From: Callorhinchus milii
Taxonomy: Eukaryota
Reading direction: 5' to 3'
Assembly: GCF_018977255.1 (NCBI RefSeq)
Contig: NW_024704743.1
Span: forward strand, 56,422,001-56,486,000
DNA: 64,000 nucleotides
Shown here piece by piece: positions 12,801-25,594 of this stretch (positions are counted from its first letter, which is position 1; each line of letters opens with the position of its first letter). Below the pieces are notes generated by a model that saw nothing but the letters and a program-made list of their open reading frames with translations, searched no databases and had not been told where the DNA came from. A program made the translations under genes and the position numbers.

Positions 12801-14340
12801 GTCTTGTTGCACAAACAATTAAAGTGTAGTCTTGTTGGTACACAATATCTCATAAATAGTCAATGAAAAATACAATGTTCAGATATGTATCTATATGAAT
12901 ATTGGAAACAGTAGTTCAGATTGCAAAGCTGTATTCCTTCTACAGCAAACTGCAAACCACTAGTGATATTAGAGATTTGCAGATCAAATGTTAGCTGTAA
13001 ATATTCTTATGAACATGACCAAAGGTAGGTTTCTAAAGACATTGATCATGATCACAGTGCTATTTGAAGAATGCATTTTTCCACCAAATGGTTACCACCT
13101 TTAGCTTGTTCCAGCATGTTTTTCAACATGGAGGACCTTAAAAGATTTAAGGATTGTTTTAAAAATGTCATTAGGTAAGCCATTATTAAACAGTTGTAAA
13201 CTCTTTCAGTCTTCTAATTATGACATTTTTCTTAAGACACTGGTATGGTGCAACATAAATACTATTCATGCATTAGTGTTTGGGAACAGTTTTTGCAGGA
13301 TAAAATGATAGACTGACAGGCAGAAGATCTCTGTAGGATATCATGGTTTCGTTGCTGCTGAGCTGTGAGGGAGGGTAGGTAATGAGAGGATATATGTTAT
13401 CTTTGCAGTGAAGGAGCCTAAATTCAATAGTGGAGATATGGGAATAAACTGATGTTCCAGAGTTTTACTTGGATTACTGTCAGGTTTCAAGTTGCATCTA
13501 TACAATGACTTCTCCCAGGAAAAAGGCTGGGTTGAGGTAGAGTTAATGAACAGAAGGTTTTGAATTGACTTTGTGTGAAGCAGATTATATAGGCTGAACG
13601 GCTTTTTTCCATTCTGTGTTTTCTTATGGTTTTGTCACTTCACCATTTTAGAAATTACTGCAATTTTGTCCACAAAACTTTCCTGGTGATTTTTTTTTAA
13701 ATTGTAAAATTTAAAATGTTTTCAACAATAAAATACTGTTCATTCTTCTTCGGATTTTTACACACGAACATTTTAGTCTTTTTGACACAGAACCTTTTTG
13801 TTGAACAGCTACTAAGCTATCAGCTGGAACGCCTTGTCCAATGCATTTGATATAATAAAATCTTTGTAACATACCAAATGCCACATCACAAGTTGTGCAA
13901 AAATAGATCCAAAAAATGCAAACCTAATGAGTTTAAATGTTATCAATTAAAGGTTGACATGATGTAGAATTTGATGCATTTTGTCAGCTCAGTATAAAAA
14001 GGCTATCAGACTTAATTTCAAGTTTAAAAACACTTCTGCTTCAAAGCCATTCCATCAAAACCCTCTGTCCTATGAAAGATGATGCTAAACATTTTGTGAA
14101 GTAAGGAGTTGATTGAATTGCTGGATTCCTGAGATGGGAAGATGGGACAATTGGAGAACACCTGACTTGTCTATGACCTTCATGTGTTAGCGTGTAATCT
14201 TTGGCTGATTACAGCCGTCTTTTCAAATAAGACACATATACTGTACGTTCTAATTTGTAAAACGCAGTGCTTCTGGTGTATTGCTGTGAGGTTTTAAGGA
14301 ATGATGTATGTTAACTGAATAAAACTTTTTTTTCCCCCAA
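6835..14340 (+). other. DGKB: Putative long DGKB 3' UTR with candidate alternative poly(A) signals
   Basis: AT-rich tract nearly free of the SINE/LINE copies that are dense on both sides. AATAAA at 9881-9886, 13727-13732, about 13854 and 14318-14323. The true 3' end cannot be fixed from sequence alone. Confidence 0.55.
10537..10596. repeat. Compound (TG)n/(TATG)n microsatellite
   Basis: Directly visible. Confidence 0.9.
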
Positions 14341-16977
14341 TCAGGCTCATTGTTTGAACTTTATGCAAACACAAACTATAAAGGTCATACCTGTTTTCAC
14401 ATTAGTCATGCCTATAATTGTATAAACATTTAGAATACTAAAGCTCTAACGTGCATACTGAACAATTCTGAAATTATAGCTTGGGAGTTAAAAGGAATGC
14501 AACGTAGCTGCTGGGTTAACACACTCATGTCTCATAACTGCAAGCTGGATTGAATTTAACCCAAACTGATGGAATATAAGTGGACAAGTTCCAACATGAC
14601 TGATGTCCTATCCATGATTGCATAGTCATTCACTGTTTGTACTTGGCTCACACCTGAAGAATGGCCAAGGAGATCATCAAGGTGACTTGTATTAGTCAAA
14701 CTATAACTATAGTTCTGTTTTCATAGGATGAGAGAAGAAAATTGGCTTTTTTGCTAGAAAACTATGCTCTTTTCATTTTGTTAACCCATTGAGTACCTTT
14801 GTGATATGTCATTGGACTACAACATAGGAAAGTACCATTGCAACCCATCTGGCTGGTTAAAACATTTAGAAAGTGCAGAATTTTTCTCCAAATAGCTACT
14901 TAATGCACTCTTGAATTTACTGATGAATGTAATTTGCCTCCAGATTCTTCATTCTCTGTATATTTAAACTGTCTAGTCATCTCCCTATCCTGAGCTTGTG
15001 TCTGTGTCCCTTGTCATGGAGAGTAGCTCAAGACTTTGGATTATCAAAAGTTCCAAGGAATCAAATAGAATATTTTGCTCTTTTGCTTATTAAGACCTTT
15101 CTCCCCTTTACCAAAACCCAATTGTGCTAAGCAACAGCAATTAATTTACAACATAAGGAAAGACATAAGGTTAATTACATGCTTTGCAGCAAGTGCCATA
15201 TGTTGTACCATCATCCCATCATGAAACACCTTTACTAATATTGCACAGTCTCATGTCTGTCTCATTATCTCTACCAGGGTATACATAATTTCACTTCAAT
15301 ACAATTTATATTTATATAGTGCATTTCACATCAGGAGGACATCTCAAGGCAATTCACTTCAATCCTTGCATGTAGGTACATCATTGCCAGCAAAGCACTA
15401 ACAGCTGCCAATCATAGCTTCTTATTTATACCAATTTACATATTGTTACATGTGCTTTAATGTTAGTCTGTTTAAAAGCAGAGGCTGAAATGCTCCCTTG
15501 AGTATATTGGTATCACACACAGGAACACTCAAGCTGTGCCATTCTCTACCCATTAACAATGGCATAATTCAAATAATGGAGGAAAATTCCTCAGGTTGAT
15601 AAATGCAGTGACATTGATATGTGTAATGGAGCAGAATGCCAGGTGTTAATAATATTTTAATACTGTACCTGACATTTATCCACCTGCAAAATTGGCCTTA
15701 AAAACATTTGGATGAGTAGGCTTGCAGAAAGTGTTGCTGTTACTCCTACTCTTGTTCAGGACTGCTCAATTCCTTCTCACACGGCATTTTCCTAAAGTTT
15801 TAGGGCTAGTTTTGAGGATGGAGGAACACTCAATATAATGTTTGAACTATCACTAACACCCAGCCTTCTGCCCCAATTAGCACACTTCATCATTGTCACA
15901 TGTAGTGACAGGAAAAATTTTCATCTGTGAAGTTAGCAGGCATCATGTCCATTTTTACTAACCTAAGACATTTCTCACCTTGTACTGGTAATCACTCATT
16001 AATGAATGGCTTCCTGTGATACAAGCAGATACAACAGTACCACAATACGATAGATACACAGCTCAAACATTTTTTTCTTGTTCATGTTCATACTTAGGAT
16101 TATAGCCAGCATATTCTCTTGCTTTGGACTCACATAGCCATGAGTTTAAAAGAGCTGTCTGGAACTTTTCAGTCACTGCTGTCTCCCTCTGCTCAGCTGG
16201 TCTGCATCACTTCCCTTGACTAAACTGGTGCACTCTGGAACACTACCCTGCGTGAAGGGCGCTATATGAATGCAACTATCTCCTTCATAGTCTACCTCAA
16301 GACCTTCCTCTTTAACCATGCCTTCGGTCATCTTTCTACCCCACCTCCTCCCTCATTACCCTCCACTGCCCTCAGCTCCCACTCCAAGCACAGGTGGAAG
16401 ACCCAGTCTATGAAAGGTACTATATAAATGCAACTTGTTTTTGTCTGAAAGAGAGCTGGAGCTAGAAGTTCACTCACTCTTATAGCAGTCTTGGTTTCTC
16501 CCCGAAGGCTCGGGATGAACCGAAGACCCTCCCCTCCCACATTGAGTCTCCCAATCATAACCGACAGATTGTCAATTGACCTACCTACCTCCTGGACTGT
16601 GTTTATGGTCACCTCTCCCTCTGCCTTCTCACTTGTTTGGGGTCCAACCCCATCACTCCAAGATGCTATCCTGCATGAAGGGCACTATATAAAAGTTGTT
16701 GTTGTTCACTGCTGTCTATTAAGAATGGAAAAGGTCTTAATATGATCTTCAATACATTTTCTTGATTTCAGAGCATTCCCTAGGTTTATAGAAGAGCAAG
16801 AAAGAGGAAACTACAAACATCCAAAACTGCCTAGGCCATTCTATGTCCTGACCCCTACCAACTGTTCCACCGGCTAGCAACAAAGTCAGAAACCAGAAAG
16901 AGGTACTGGAAATGTTAGGCTCCCCAAATGGCATCATGGTAAATTCACTGCTCAACACAGCACTGAGCTATGCAGCC

Positions 16978-17135
16978 CAACAACAACAAGAAGATTTCAT
17001 TTATTGAGCGCCTTTCACATTGGGAGGACGTCCCAAGGCGCTGGACAATTGGGTCGGGACCCGAGCAGGGGGGGAAATGGTCAGGGTGAGGGGAGGGAAG
17101 GAAGGGAGCGAGGAGAGGGGGTCTCCTACCTACCT
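16978..17135 (-). mobile_element. Young L2 LINE 3' end, 5'-truncated
   Basis: (CAA)n tail followed by gagcgcctttcacattgggaggacgtcccaaggcgctg; highly similar to the 39219 and 57020 copies. Confidence 0.85.
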
Positions 17136-18701
17136 CACTATCTCAAACAGGTCTCCAGTTTGTGCGCAGTGAATTGTCTTGGCTTGGGTGGCGATTAGGG
17201 ACATTACAGTTATCTTTGTCTGAGAGCTAGTGAGAAGGAAAACCAGCCAGGGTTCACATTGCTCAGTTGAGTGACTCCTGATAGATTAGATGAGGTAGAT
17301 TGGTTGAGAACACAAGCAGCTTTAGATGTGACAAAGTGGTTTCATGGCCTCAAGAAAGACACTGCTGTCTAGGCTCATGCACAAATAATTGCTACTGGTG
17401 TGACCTAATGGAGTAATAATCATGGAGCAAAATAAGATGGTGAGTTTGTATATGCCCTGCCATTAAAAATAGCAATCTTTTTATTATGACTTTATAATAG
17501 GATTTTCCATTAGAAAGTCACAATAAATGATGGTCATTTTAGGGATGACATATAAAGACAAGAGTTTTAGAAAGTGAGAGAAAGTTGAGGGAGAAAAAGA
17601 TTTGGTCAACATTCTAAGTAAATGCAGTTATTTCCTGAGAGCAGTTTACATTTTGCAATGCAGTCATTAAGCTGCACATAGATGATACAGTTAGAAGATG
17701 TTATCAGGAGGTGCAAGATAGTATCTGTTGTTTTTTGACATAAACGGCCAGTATTATCAAAAAGAGAATGTAGTTTCTGATTTCGTTTATTCACAGTTAA
17801 GAATTGAAAATGGTTTGTTTCCAACATTCTCTGCAGTTAACTTTTCCTCTCTCTCCCCCTCCCAAAGCCTCCAAAACATCCCTGACTCTTAGACTGGGTC
17901 CAGGTTAGCCACGGCCTGTTTTAATACTGAAAGGAGTCTGTGAATGAACACAGGAAAGTTTGCCTCATTGTTTATGGTACAGAACACTGGCTCCACCCTG
18001 TCTCAGTCTCATGCAACCTATGCTTTGTGGTTACGTTTTGTGAATGGAACTCTCCCACTGTAGCCTGAGGGGAGAGCCACATGACCATGATTTATGCTTC
18101 AACTTTGAACAAACACATCATGTTTTTGTATCTTTGACGGGCAACTAAGCGTTTTTGCAAATGTTTTGGAAGTGGACGGGCACTGTCGATAAGAGTCTTG
18201 CAGTGAAGCCTGATCTGTGATGGGTTTCACACACAAGCTGGCAATGTCAGGGTTGGTGTGCGCATGTGGGGGGAAGGGAGGATGCATTGCAAACACTAGG
18301 CTGAACAGTCCAAACATCTGTTCCACTTCCAAACGCAGGGTGCTGTGCTTAAGCAGCTATAATTACCTCACCAAAGAATAGTGGTCGACGCTGTGTTTAG
18401 TATGTTTATTCTCAAAATGGCAATTTTTTTAAAGAGGTCAATTCTTATTGACCGCCATCTGAAAGTAATTTGCCACTGATGGCAGAAGTAAAAGTATCAT
18501 TCTAAGATGTCTCCAAAAGATTGTTTTTATTTCAAAATGAATTCAAGTTGACAAAGAACATTTTCGTGCCAGAAGGGGAAGGACTGTCTTATTCCTTACT
18601 GGCACTGTCTCTCTTACCTGACCTGCTTATCCTTGCACTTGATAAAGTGCCATATCACGTCAAGATGTTTCAAAGTGCTTCACAGGAATTACTGTAACGT
18701 A

Positions 18702-19052
18702 GTGGAGTCCTGTAGCACTTGGTTAGCGCACTAGACCTTGCAAGCGAGAGGACCCGGGTTCGATGTCTGGACAGGCAAATCGTTGGACAAGTTTCCTTAC
18801 TCCACACGTCTCTATTTACCGAGCAGTAAGTAGGAACTCAATTGTTAGTTGATTGGCTGATCTCTTTCCTGGGGTAATATTCCTTAGAAAAAAATCTGGT
18901 TACTCAATCCACGACTGCTTGTGGGACAGCCAATTGTGCGCAATTGGCTTCTGCGTTTCGCCCACAAAATATACAGTCAATTCGCTTAACAGTATATTTT
19001 GTAAAGCGCTATGAGACATCTAATGCAAGGATTATTACTATTATTATTATTA
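18702..19052 (+). mobile_element. tRNA-derived SINE, near full length
   Basis: gtggagtcctgtagc head, GGTTCGAT B-box, family body and (ATT)n tail. Confidence 0.85.
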
Positions 19053-19304
19053 TAGTGTCTCTGTTTTTTTGGTGAATGCCAAATATAAAATAAAATGTAT
19101 AATAGCTGGCTGCCCGTGATCTCTGGGCAGCAGAGAACTTCTGAGTTAAAGCGTAAGAGTTCCCCAACAATGTAGTGCATCAATGATTGTCCTTAAGCAG
19201 AAGACTTAAACAAACTACAAACTAGTCAAAGCCATTGCAATTACTTTGCATATTGTTGTCTTCAATCATGTCATGGTATCACTTTGTACACCCTGTATGT
19301 ACAC

Positions 19305-19640
19305 TATGTACCAATCCGCCCGTTCCCTCCGCTCAGCCGGCTCTGGCCTGCTCCACGTCCTCCGACCCACCCCCCCACCATTGGCGGGAGAGGCTTCAGC
19401 CACTCTGCCCCCAACCTCTGGAATTCCATCCCCCAGTCACTCCGCCTCGCCCCCTCCTTAGCCTCCTTCAAGTCCCACCTGAAGACCCTCCTCTTCGACC
19501 ATGCCATCGGCCACCCCCCTTCCTCTCCCTTCCCTTCCCCCCCAACTCCAGCTCAGGTCTAAAATGCTGTATGCTGTCCAATGCCTTGGGACATCCTCCT
19601 GACGTGAAAGGCGCTGTACAAATGTAATCTTGTTGTTGTT
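19305..19640 (+). mobile_element. L2 LINE 3' fragment
   Basis: Translates to PPTIGGRGFSHSAPNLWNSIPQSLRLAPSLASFKSHLKTLLF, the L2 ORF2 end. Stem-loop tail and (TTG)n follow. Confidence 0.88.
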
Positions 19641-21764
19641 ATCTTCACTACTGGTAATTCTGCTGTCAGTTTTACTTAAGCAGCAATTCTGGATCAGGCC
19701 ATTTGCATTTAGAAGTACCTCCCAATATGGTATATAAGTTTATTTTTTTAAAATGTAACCATGACTTCTCGACCACGCACCATTATTGCCAAGGCTCACA
19801 ATTTCACAACAAAAAAGTTGCATGTAAAAAAGATTTTTGACGACTAATTTGTATTTTGATCAATTTTCCAGACAGCATGTCGAATTCCAAGAGTTGTATA
19901 AACAAAAGTAAAAAGTAAGATCAGTATAGCAAACAAAAACAGGTCTAATTTCGCTGATTTGATGATACACGAAGCCCGTTCTCATGTGATTGTAAAGCAG
20001 TTGACGATGGAATCCCAGTTTACAGTCAGATTTCAATGGGAGTGCAATAATGCTCTAGGTGCTGGGCAAAGCCCTTCACAGAGAAGGTTTGAGTCAGGCA
20101 GCAGAATTTCCCCTCTTCCCCCTCCCTCAGCAGTACAAGCAGTAACTAATTCTGTGCTGCTGGAAGTCAATCTCTACTGGGACTTCTACTGCTGTCTCTA
20201 TTCTATTAACACAGCAGTCAAGTTGTTACAAATAAATACATAGAAATAAAATGTGTCACCCATCAGAAAAGGCACAGATCTTACTTACTCTGACAATATA
20301 TCACTAGGCCTGGTTATAAATAGAGTCTTTGCTGTCAAATTAAATTGTTATTTCATAGCGTGAAGCACTGGGACGCTTGAGATTAAAAACACAAAGTGAA
20401 ATGATTTTTCTTTTCCCAGATAAGGAATGTAGTGGTTTTTTTGTGAGCGTTTTTCCTTCGCTGTATCTTGTGCTGTAGAGTTGAGGAAAGTAATCACAAA
20501 GCCAAGCTGAGTGGTTTTCAGCAACATCGTAGTGAAAGCAGGTGACGCTCACTGCAGACGAGCAACAGCAGATAAAAGGAGCAGGTTTTTTTCTTTTTTA
20601 AAAAAAATCAAATCAGAGTCTGCCCAGAGTGTGAGAGACTTATTGGAGGTGGTTTGAAAAGTTCAGAGTCCATTAAAAGACTGATAGCAGTGACTTATGC
20701 AGGTCACAGAATGAGCAAAAGCTTTGACGTGCCCTTTTAAGCTGTTTAGCGCTGTACAGCACACTTTAATCTTCTTCCCCACTATTAGGCGCAATGCAGG
20801 AATTCTATGTTGCTTCAGAGGGATTGGAGATGGGGAAACTACACATTAATGTAAAGTGGGAAGCACCACCAATGTAATTTTAAAGATAATATAATTGGGT
20901 GCCGGCCTTAAATCAGCCGTATGATAATGGGACTTCTGACCAGCCAAAAAGTGATATGATCAATCTAATTTACAATGAAACAAAATTACGGACACCAATG
21001 GGACAGGCATTCCAAGCGGCCTTTAGGAAGATTTAACTTTATAATAAAACCAAATCTTGATTGAATGGGGGAAAAGCTGCTTTAACTCTAGTGCTGTTTA
21101 CTAGCAAGTCTCTCTGGCCAAAGTTGATTACTATAGCAGCATGAGGTTACACTACAAATATACGCAAATTCAGGGCAGTAATTTGGTGATGTACCTCAGT
21201 GTGCTTCAAAGTTTCAAATCCCATTATCAAGTGTTAGCACCAATCCACACACGTCTGCAAATAAACTCTTATCCACATTGGGGTGAAAAAGAACATTTTA
21301 AAGCAATACTATATAACGGCAACTTTTGTCAAAGTAGCACCATGCAAACAACAACTTACATTTGTATAGCCTCTTTCACGTAGGGAGCATGTCCCAAGGC
21401 ACTGGACAGTCAGGGATTTAGACCCGAGTAGAGGGTTGTAAAGTTTCACATCTGGGAAAAAAAATTGCTTCAAAATATATTTACCCAATGACGTGGATTT
21501 TATAGTCTGAATTTCAGATCGCTCAGAGTTTTAGATATTTTCTAAGTTAGTGAGTGAGTGATGCAAGAATTACTTTGGACTTGGCTTATATATGTCCACT
21601 GATGTTTTAGTAAAATAATATCATGTCTCTTGGTTTCACTAGCTCCTTTACTCCCAAGATTATGCCCATCTAATATTTTATTCCATGATTAAATATATAA
21701 TAGAGCCCTCCAGCATGGCTATGTAGTTCAAGTGTCTTTGCTGAATTCTGTTTTTAGGATTTCA

Positions 21765-22155
21765 GCTGTCTGTAGGATCAGTTGCCTCACCTCAGAGTCA
21801 GAAGATTGTTGGTTCAAGCCCCATGTCGGGACTTTAACCTCAAGGTCTAGGCAAGTGTTTCAATGTAGTGTTGAGGATCTGTTACATTGTTGGAGATGCC
21901 GTACTTCAGGTGAGATGGTAAACTGAGGTCCCATCTGCCTGTTCAAGTGGTGATAAAAGTCTCATGGTGTCCTGATCAAGAATCCACCAGATAAAAATGG
22001 TCATTCATTTCACAGCTGTTTGCAGGACATGGCTGTGTGCAAATTGGCTGCCAAGTTCACCATCAAAATAGACAGTTTCTCCACTTTACAGTAAAATCCT
22101 ATGAAGCACTTTAAAATGTTCCAAAGGCGCAACTGTATATAAAATGCAAGGATTT
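21765..22155 (+). mobile_element. Deu-domain SINE
   Basis: cctcacctcagagtcagaag head, tgagatggtaaactgaggtcccatctgcc core, L2-type tail. Confidence 0.75.
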
Positions 22156-23540
22156 TTTTAAAAAAATTATCTTTTCTTGCATCTCTCTTTCTTTCACATA
22201 TAAATGTTCGATATAATGTATTCCTTTCCCTCAGTCTCACCATTTTCACATGAATTTCCTCTCCAGTGCCCCCATGATCGCAATGCTCCATTCTGGTATC
22301 AGTCGTGGTCACAATGCATAGATGCTGCATACCTTCGACTGGTGATTCACATATGAGGTGCAGCAATGAAAGAACTTGGTAACACTTCCAAATGGGGACC
22401 AAGCTGTGGGAAGCATTCTGCCTCAAAACAAGAGCTTCAATTGAGGTGGGTTTGTAAATGGGTAAATGATGTGCTGAGGATCAGGAAGATACTAAGTTTA
22501 ATTCTTGGTCTTTGCTAAGGTGGGGTAGCCAGGGTGGCGATTGGGATGCTATAATTGGCCTCAATGCCTCTTTGGCAAGAGAGAGAGAGAACTGACTTAG
22601 ATTCAGCTTAAACGGTCTTACAAAGAGTTCTAGAGTTGCAACTCTGATGCATCTACTTCGATCATACTTTTAGGTAAAACTATTCAAAGAGTTATTTCCA
22701 TGTACTAATACCACTCTGCAGTTTACCAGAACTTTATACTGGTAGGATTACAATTACCATTAACATAGGCTTCAGGTGAAGAAAAAACTAACACTTAGAT
22801 GGAAGGTAGACAGCACTGCTGTGCCCTGTGATGGTGCTGATGTACTGCGTGGACTAAATGCTTGCACTGGTCTTATATCAGTGTGACAGGTTTACATTGC
22901 CATGGGAGGGCAGGGGAGGGCTTGGTTCTCATGTTCCTCTTCTAAGCTGGTAGTCTGTTAGGGTTAATTTGGGTGAGCTACCAAAGAGCTTGTTGGCACC
23001 TTTAGAAGAGTACCCCAGCATGACACGCCACCTTCAGGAGAGAAGCGGTATCAACAGAAAACTCGAAAGACAAAATTATATCTACTTATTTTGTGCTGTA
23101 AATAATGTTCATCACACTGTTGAATAATGAATAACGTTCAAATGCGTTAGCTTCATGCAAATACTGTACTGCGTGTAGAGATGTACATATTTGTACATGG
23201 AGAGTAAATAACCATCAATACATTAACCATTAATAAATGGTTAAGTTTCAACTTTTTCGATTTTGTTCACAAACTATCTCAAGTTTTCCTTCCTCTCAGT
23301 TTGAAATACGGTATAATTTTGCTTGGATTGGATGCAGCCGCTTTTTATAGCAGCAGCAGAGAAAGAAAAACTCTCTGCAAACTTTGTGTCGCTTTGCTTT
23401 CATTTTTTTTTGGAAATGAAAAAAAAGAAAATGAGTTTTCTTCCTTTTCAATCTCTCTAAACTTTTTTTTAAAAAAAAACGACCTCTGTGTTTTGCTTCT
23501 TTTAACATGTTTTTTTTTTGGAACAACAGTTTTTTTTTTG

Positions 23541-23740
23541 TGAATGAACTTTCCTTCCAGTTTGTTCTCAGTTTGGGATAATTTTTTTGTGAATGAATGA
23601 AACTCCCCTCCCTCTCAGTCTGTCAATTACACCCTCTCCAACTCTGACCCCCCCTTTATTTTTGTGAATGAACTTTCCCTCCAGTCTCTGCCTGTCTTGC
23701 TCGCTTGTCTCTAAATCTGGACTTTTTTTTTGTGAATGAA
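23541..23740 (+). promoter_or_regulatory. Cluster of Capicua (CIC)-type octamers TGAATGAA
   Basis: TGAATGAA at 23541-23548, 23590-23597 (overlapping copy 23594-23601), 23665-23672 and 23733-23740. These match the CIC consensus T(G/C)AATG(A/G)A, and PEA3-group genes are established CIC targets. Confidence 0.8.
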
Positions 23741-24770
23741 CCTCCCTCCCCTCGATCTCTGTGTTGACCTTTTTATATATTAAAAAAAAACAACTTCCCC
23801 TCTGTCTGTCTTTCTCTCTCTCTCTCTCTCTGTGGCTCACTCTTGCCTGGAGGGGAAACTGTTGCTCTATGAATAAACACATCAATCAGATGAAACACGA
23901 CTGAGGTTATTGGCTGCCTCACCAAAACCCATGCAAATCCAACTGGTCATGCAAAAAGCACCACCCCTTGTTGCTGCGGTAACCATCTTCCCTGCCTGAT
24001 CAGGCAGTCTTAAAACTGTTGCTCGGATTATGTTAAAGAAACACTGGGAAAGAGAAAGAGAGAGAGAGAGAGAAAGAGAGAGAAAGAGAGGAGGGGGAGG
24101 GATTTATGAAGTTAAAAAGCAAACTTCTAAGTGACTGCACCTTTTTGATGCTGTGTTATTTTTGGAGGATGATCTTTCGCCACACGAGCTTTGCATTTGC
24201 TAAATAAACGTCTGTAAATTGCCCTTTTCTCTCTTTTTTTTTAAAAAAACCTTACGGTGACTGGGTGGATCAGAGCATTTCACAATCGTTGCATTTTCAT
24301 TAGCTTTTGGAACATGTAATAACAATAACACGCGTTTACTCTTAAAAGTTCTTGCAGGGCAGATGCACTGAATGCACATTGTTGGAGGAGTTTTAATGAG
24401 AGTTCGTGATCTATCGGTTATTGCACAAGAGATTTTTGAATACAGCTTTTCTTTGGGGGAAAAATAAAGGATACAGTAACTACATTGTGTAACAGGAGAG
24501 GAAAGTAAACACGCACTGCACACACCGCTCACTGTTAAGTTAAATCTGGGAAGGAAAGCGATCTTTGTGTTGGGAATCCTTGTCTTGTAAACTTGCATTA
24601 AGCATTTTTTTTTTGCTGACTTTCTTTTCCCTCTCTCTTTCTTTCCCGGACAATTCCGATTTGCAGATCGGTTTAGATTTTGAACAGAAAAGGAGTGGTG
24701 TGGGGGGGGAGTGGTGGTGGTGGGGGGGGAGCTGCAGCTTTAATCAAGTGAAGGGCTGAGTGATTGACAG

Positions 24771-24982
24771 CCAGAAATTGGAGCCGAAACAGACAGGCGA
24801 CCAATGGGAGAGTTGCATTAGGAGACACTGGAGGCCCCTGGAGGAGAAGCGAAGGAAAAGCGAGTGAATTGAGCACAATCATAGGTCTGGGCTGTCTTGA
24901 AAGGACTCTCCATCAACTAATTCATGCTATTTACCAAATCTGACGGGGGATATTTATAGGCGATCGCATTGCACCCATTCAG
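24771..24982 (+). other. ETV1: Putative non-coding 5' UTR exon of ETV1 (start uncertain)
   Basis: Strong donor CAG|gtgaga at 24982/24983, about 530 nt upstream of the acceptor of the ATG exon. The 5' boundary or TSS is not determinable. Confidence 0.5.
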
Positions 24983-25594
24983 GTGAGACCCTGTTCAACT
25001 TTTGCAAGACTCGAGAGCATTTGCGTGGTTTACAATATTGCAGCGAGAGAAGAGAAATTCTAATAATGATAACCAATAAAAAAAAAACGCTCCCCATTCT
25101 GGTCCCGTTATCTGCCTGTGGGGAAAATATTTGGGAATACCACGGTAATCGCCATTACGAGTTTGCTGTGTAGTCTCGAGGTTTGCATAAACGCTCCCGA
25201 AACGATGCGAAAACGTACAACGAACGCACTGACAGCCCCGAATTGCTGGGATGGGATCAGCCGATTCCCCCCCTGTAGTTTGCAGGCTGAGCCTTATCTG
25301 CAGGGCAGGTTGGGGCGACAGTCGTGTCTTCTCTCTTTTTTTTTGTGAATGGGGCGCTCAAGGCTAATTAGTTATGCAAGTTCAGGCAGTTCATTCATGA
25401 TTTTGTTTTGGCCATCTTGTCTCTCTCTCTCTCTCTCTCTCACCCTCCCTCCCACTCTCCCACTCTCCCCCTCTCTCTCTCTCTCTCTCTCCCTGTCTGT
25501 CGTTTTTAGGCCGTTTGAGTCCGTCAAAGACAACCGTCTCCATCTAAATGCAGAGAAATAAGACAACCTAAGAGTTTTCCAAATGAGCTGCAGA

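Larger units (their letters stand above)
23100..25509 (+). promoter_or_regulatory. ETV1: ETV1 main promoter and 5' non-coding region
   Basis: Free of transposon copies, CpG-enriched relative to flanks, and directly upstream of the ATG exon. Contains octamer ATGCAAAT (23155-23162, 23931-23938), CCAAT boxes (ATTGG 23909-23913, CCAAT 24801-24805), a TGAATGAA cluster and a GA repeat. Confidence 0.75.

Noticed and set aside
23530..23760. CRISPR-like repeat-spacer array
   Set aside because: Repeats are only about 12-14 nt with irregular spacing, in a vertebrate promoter with no cas genes. Clustered transcription-factor sites explain them better.
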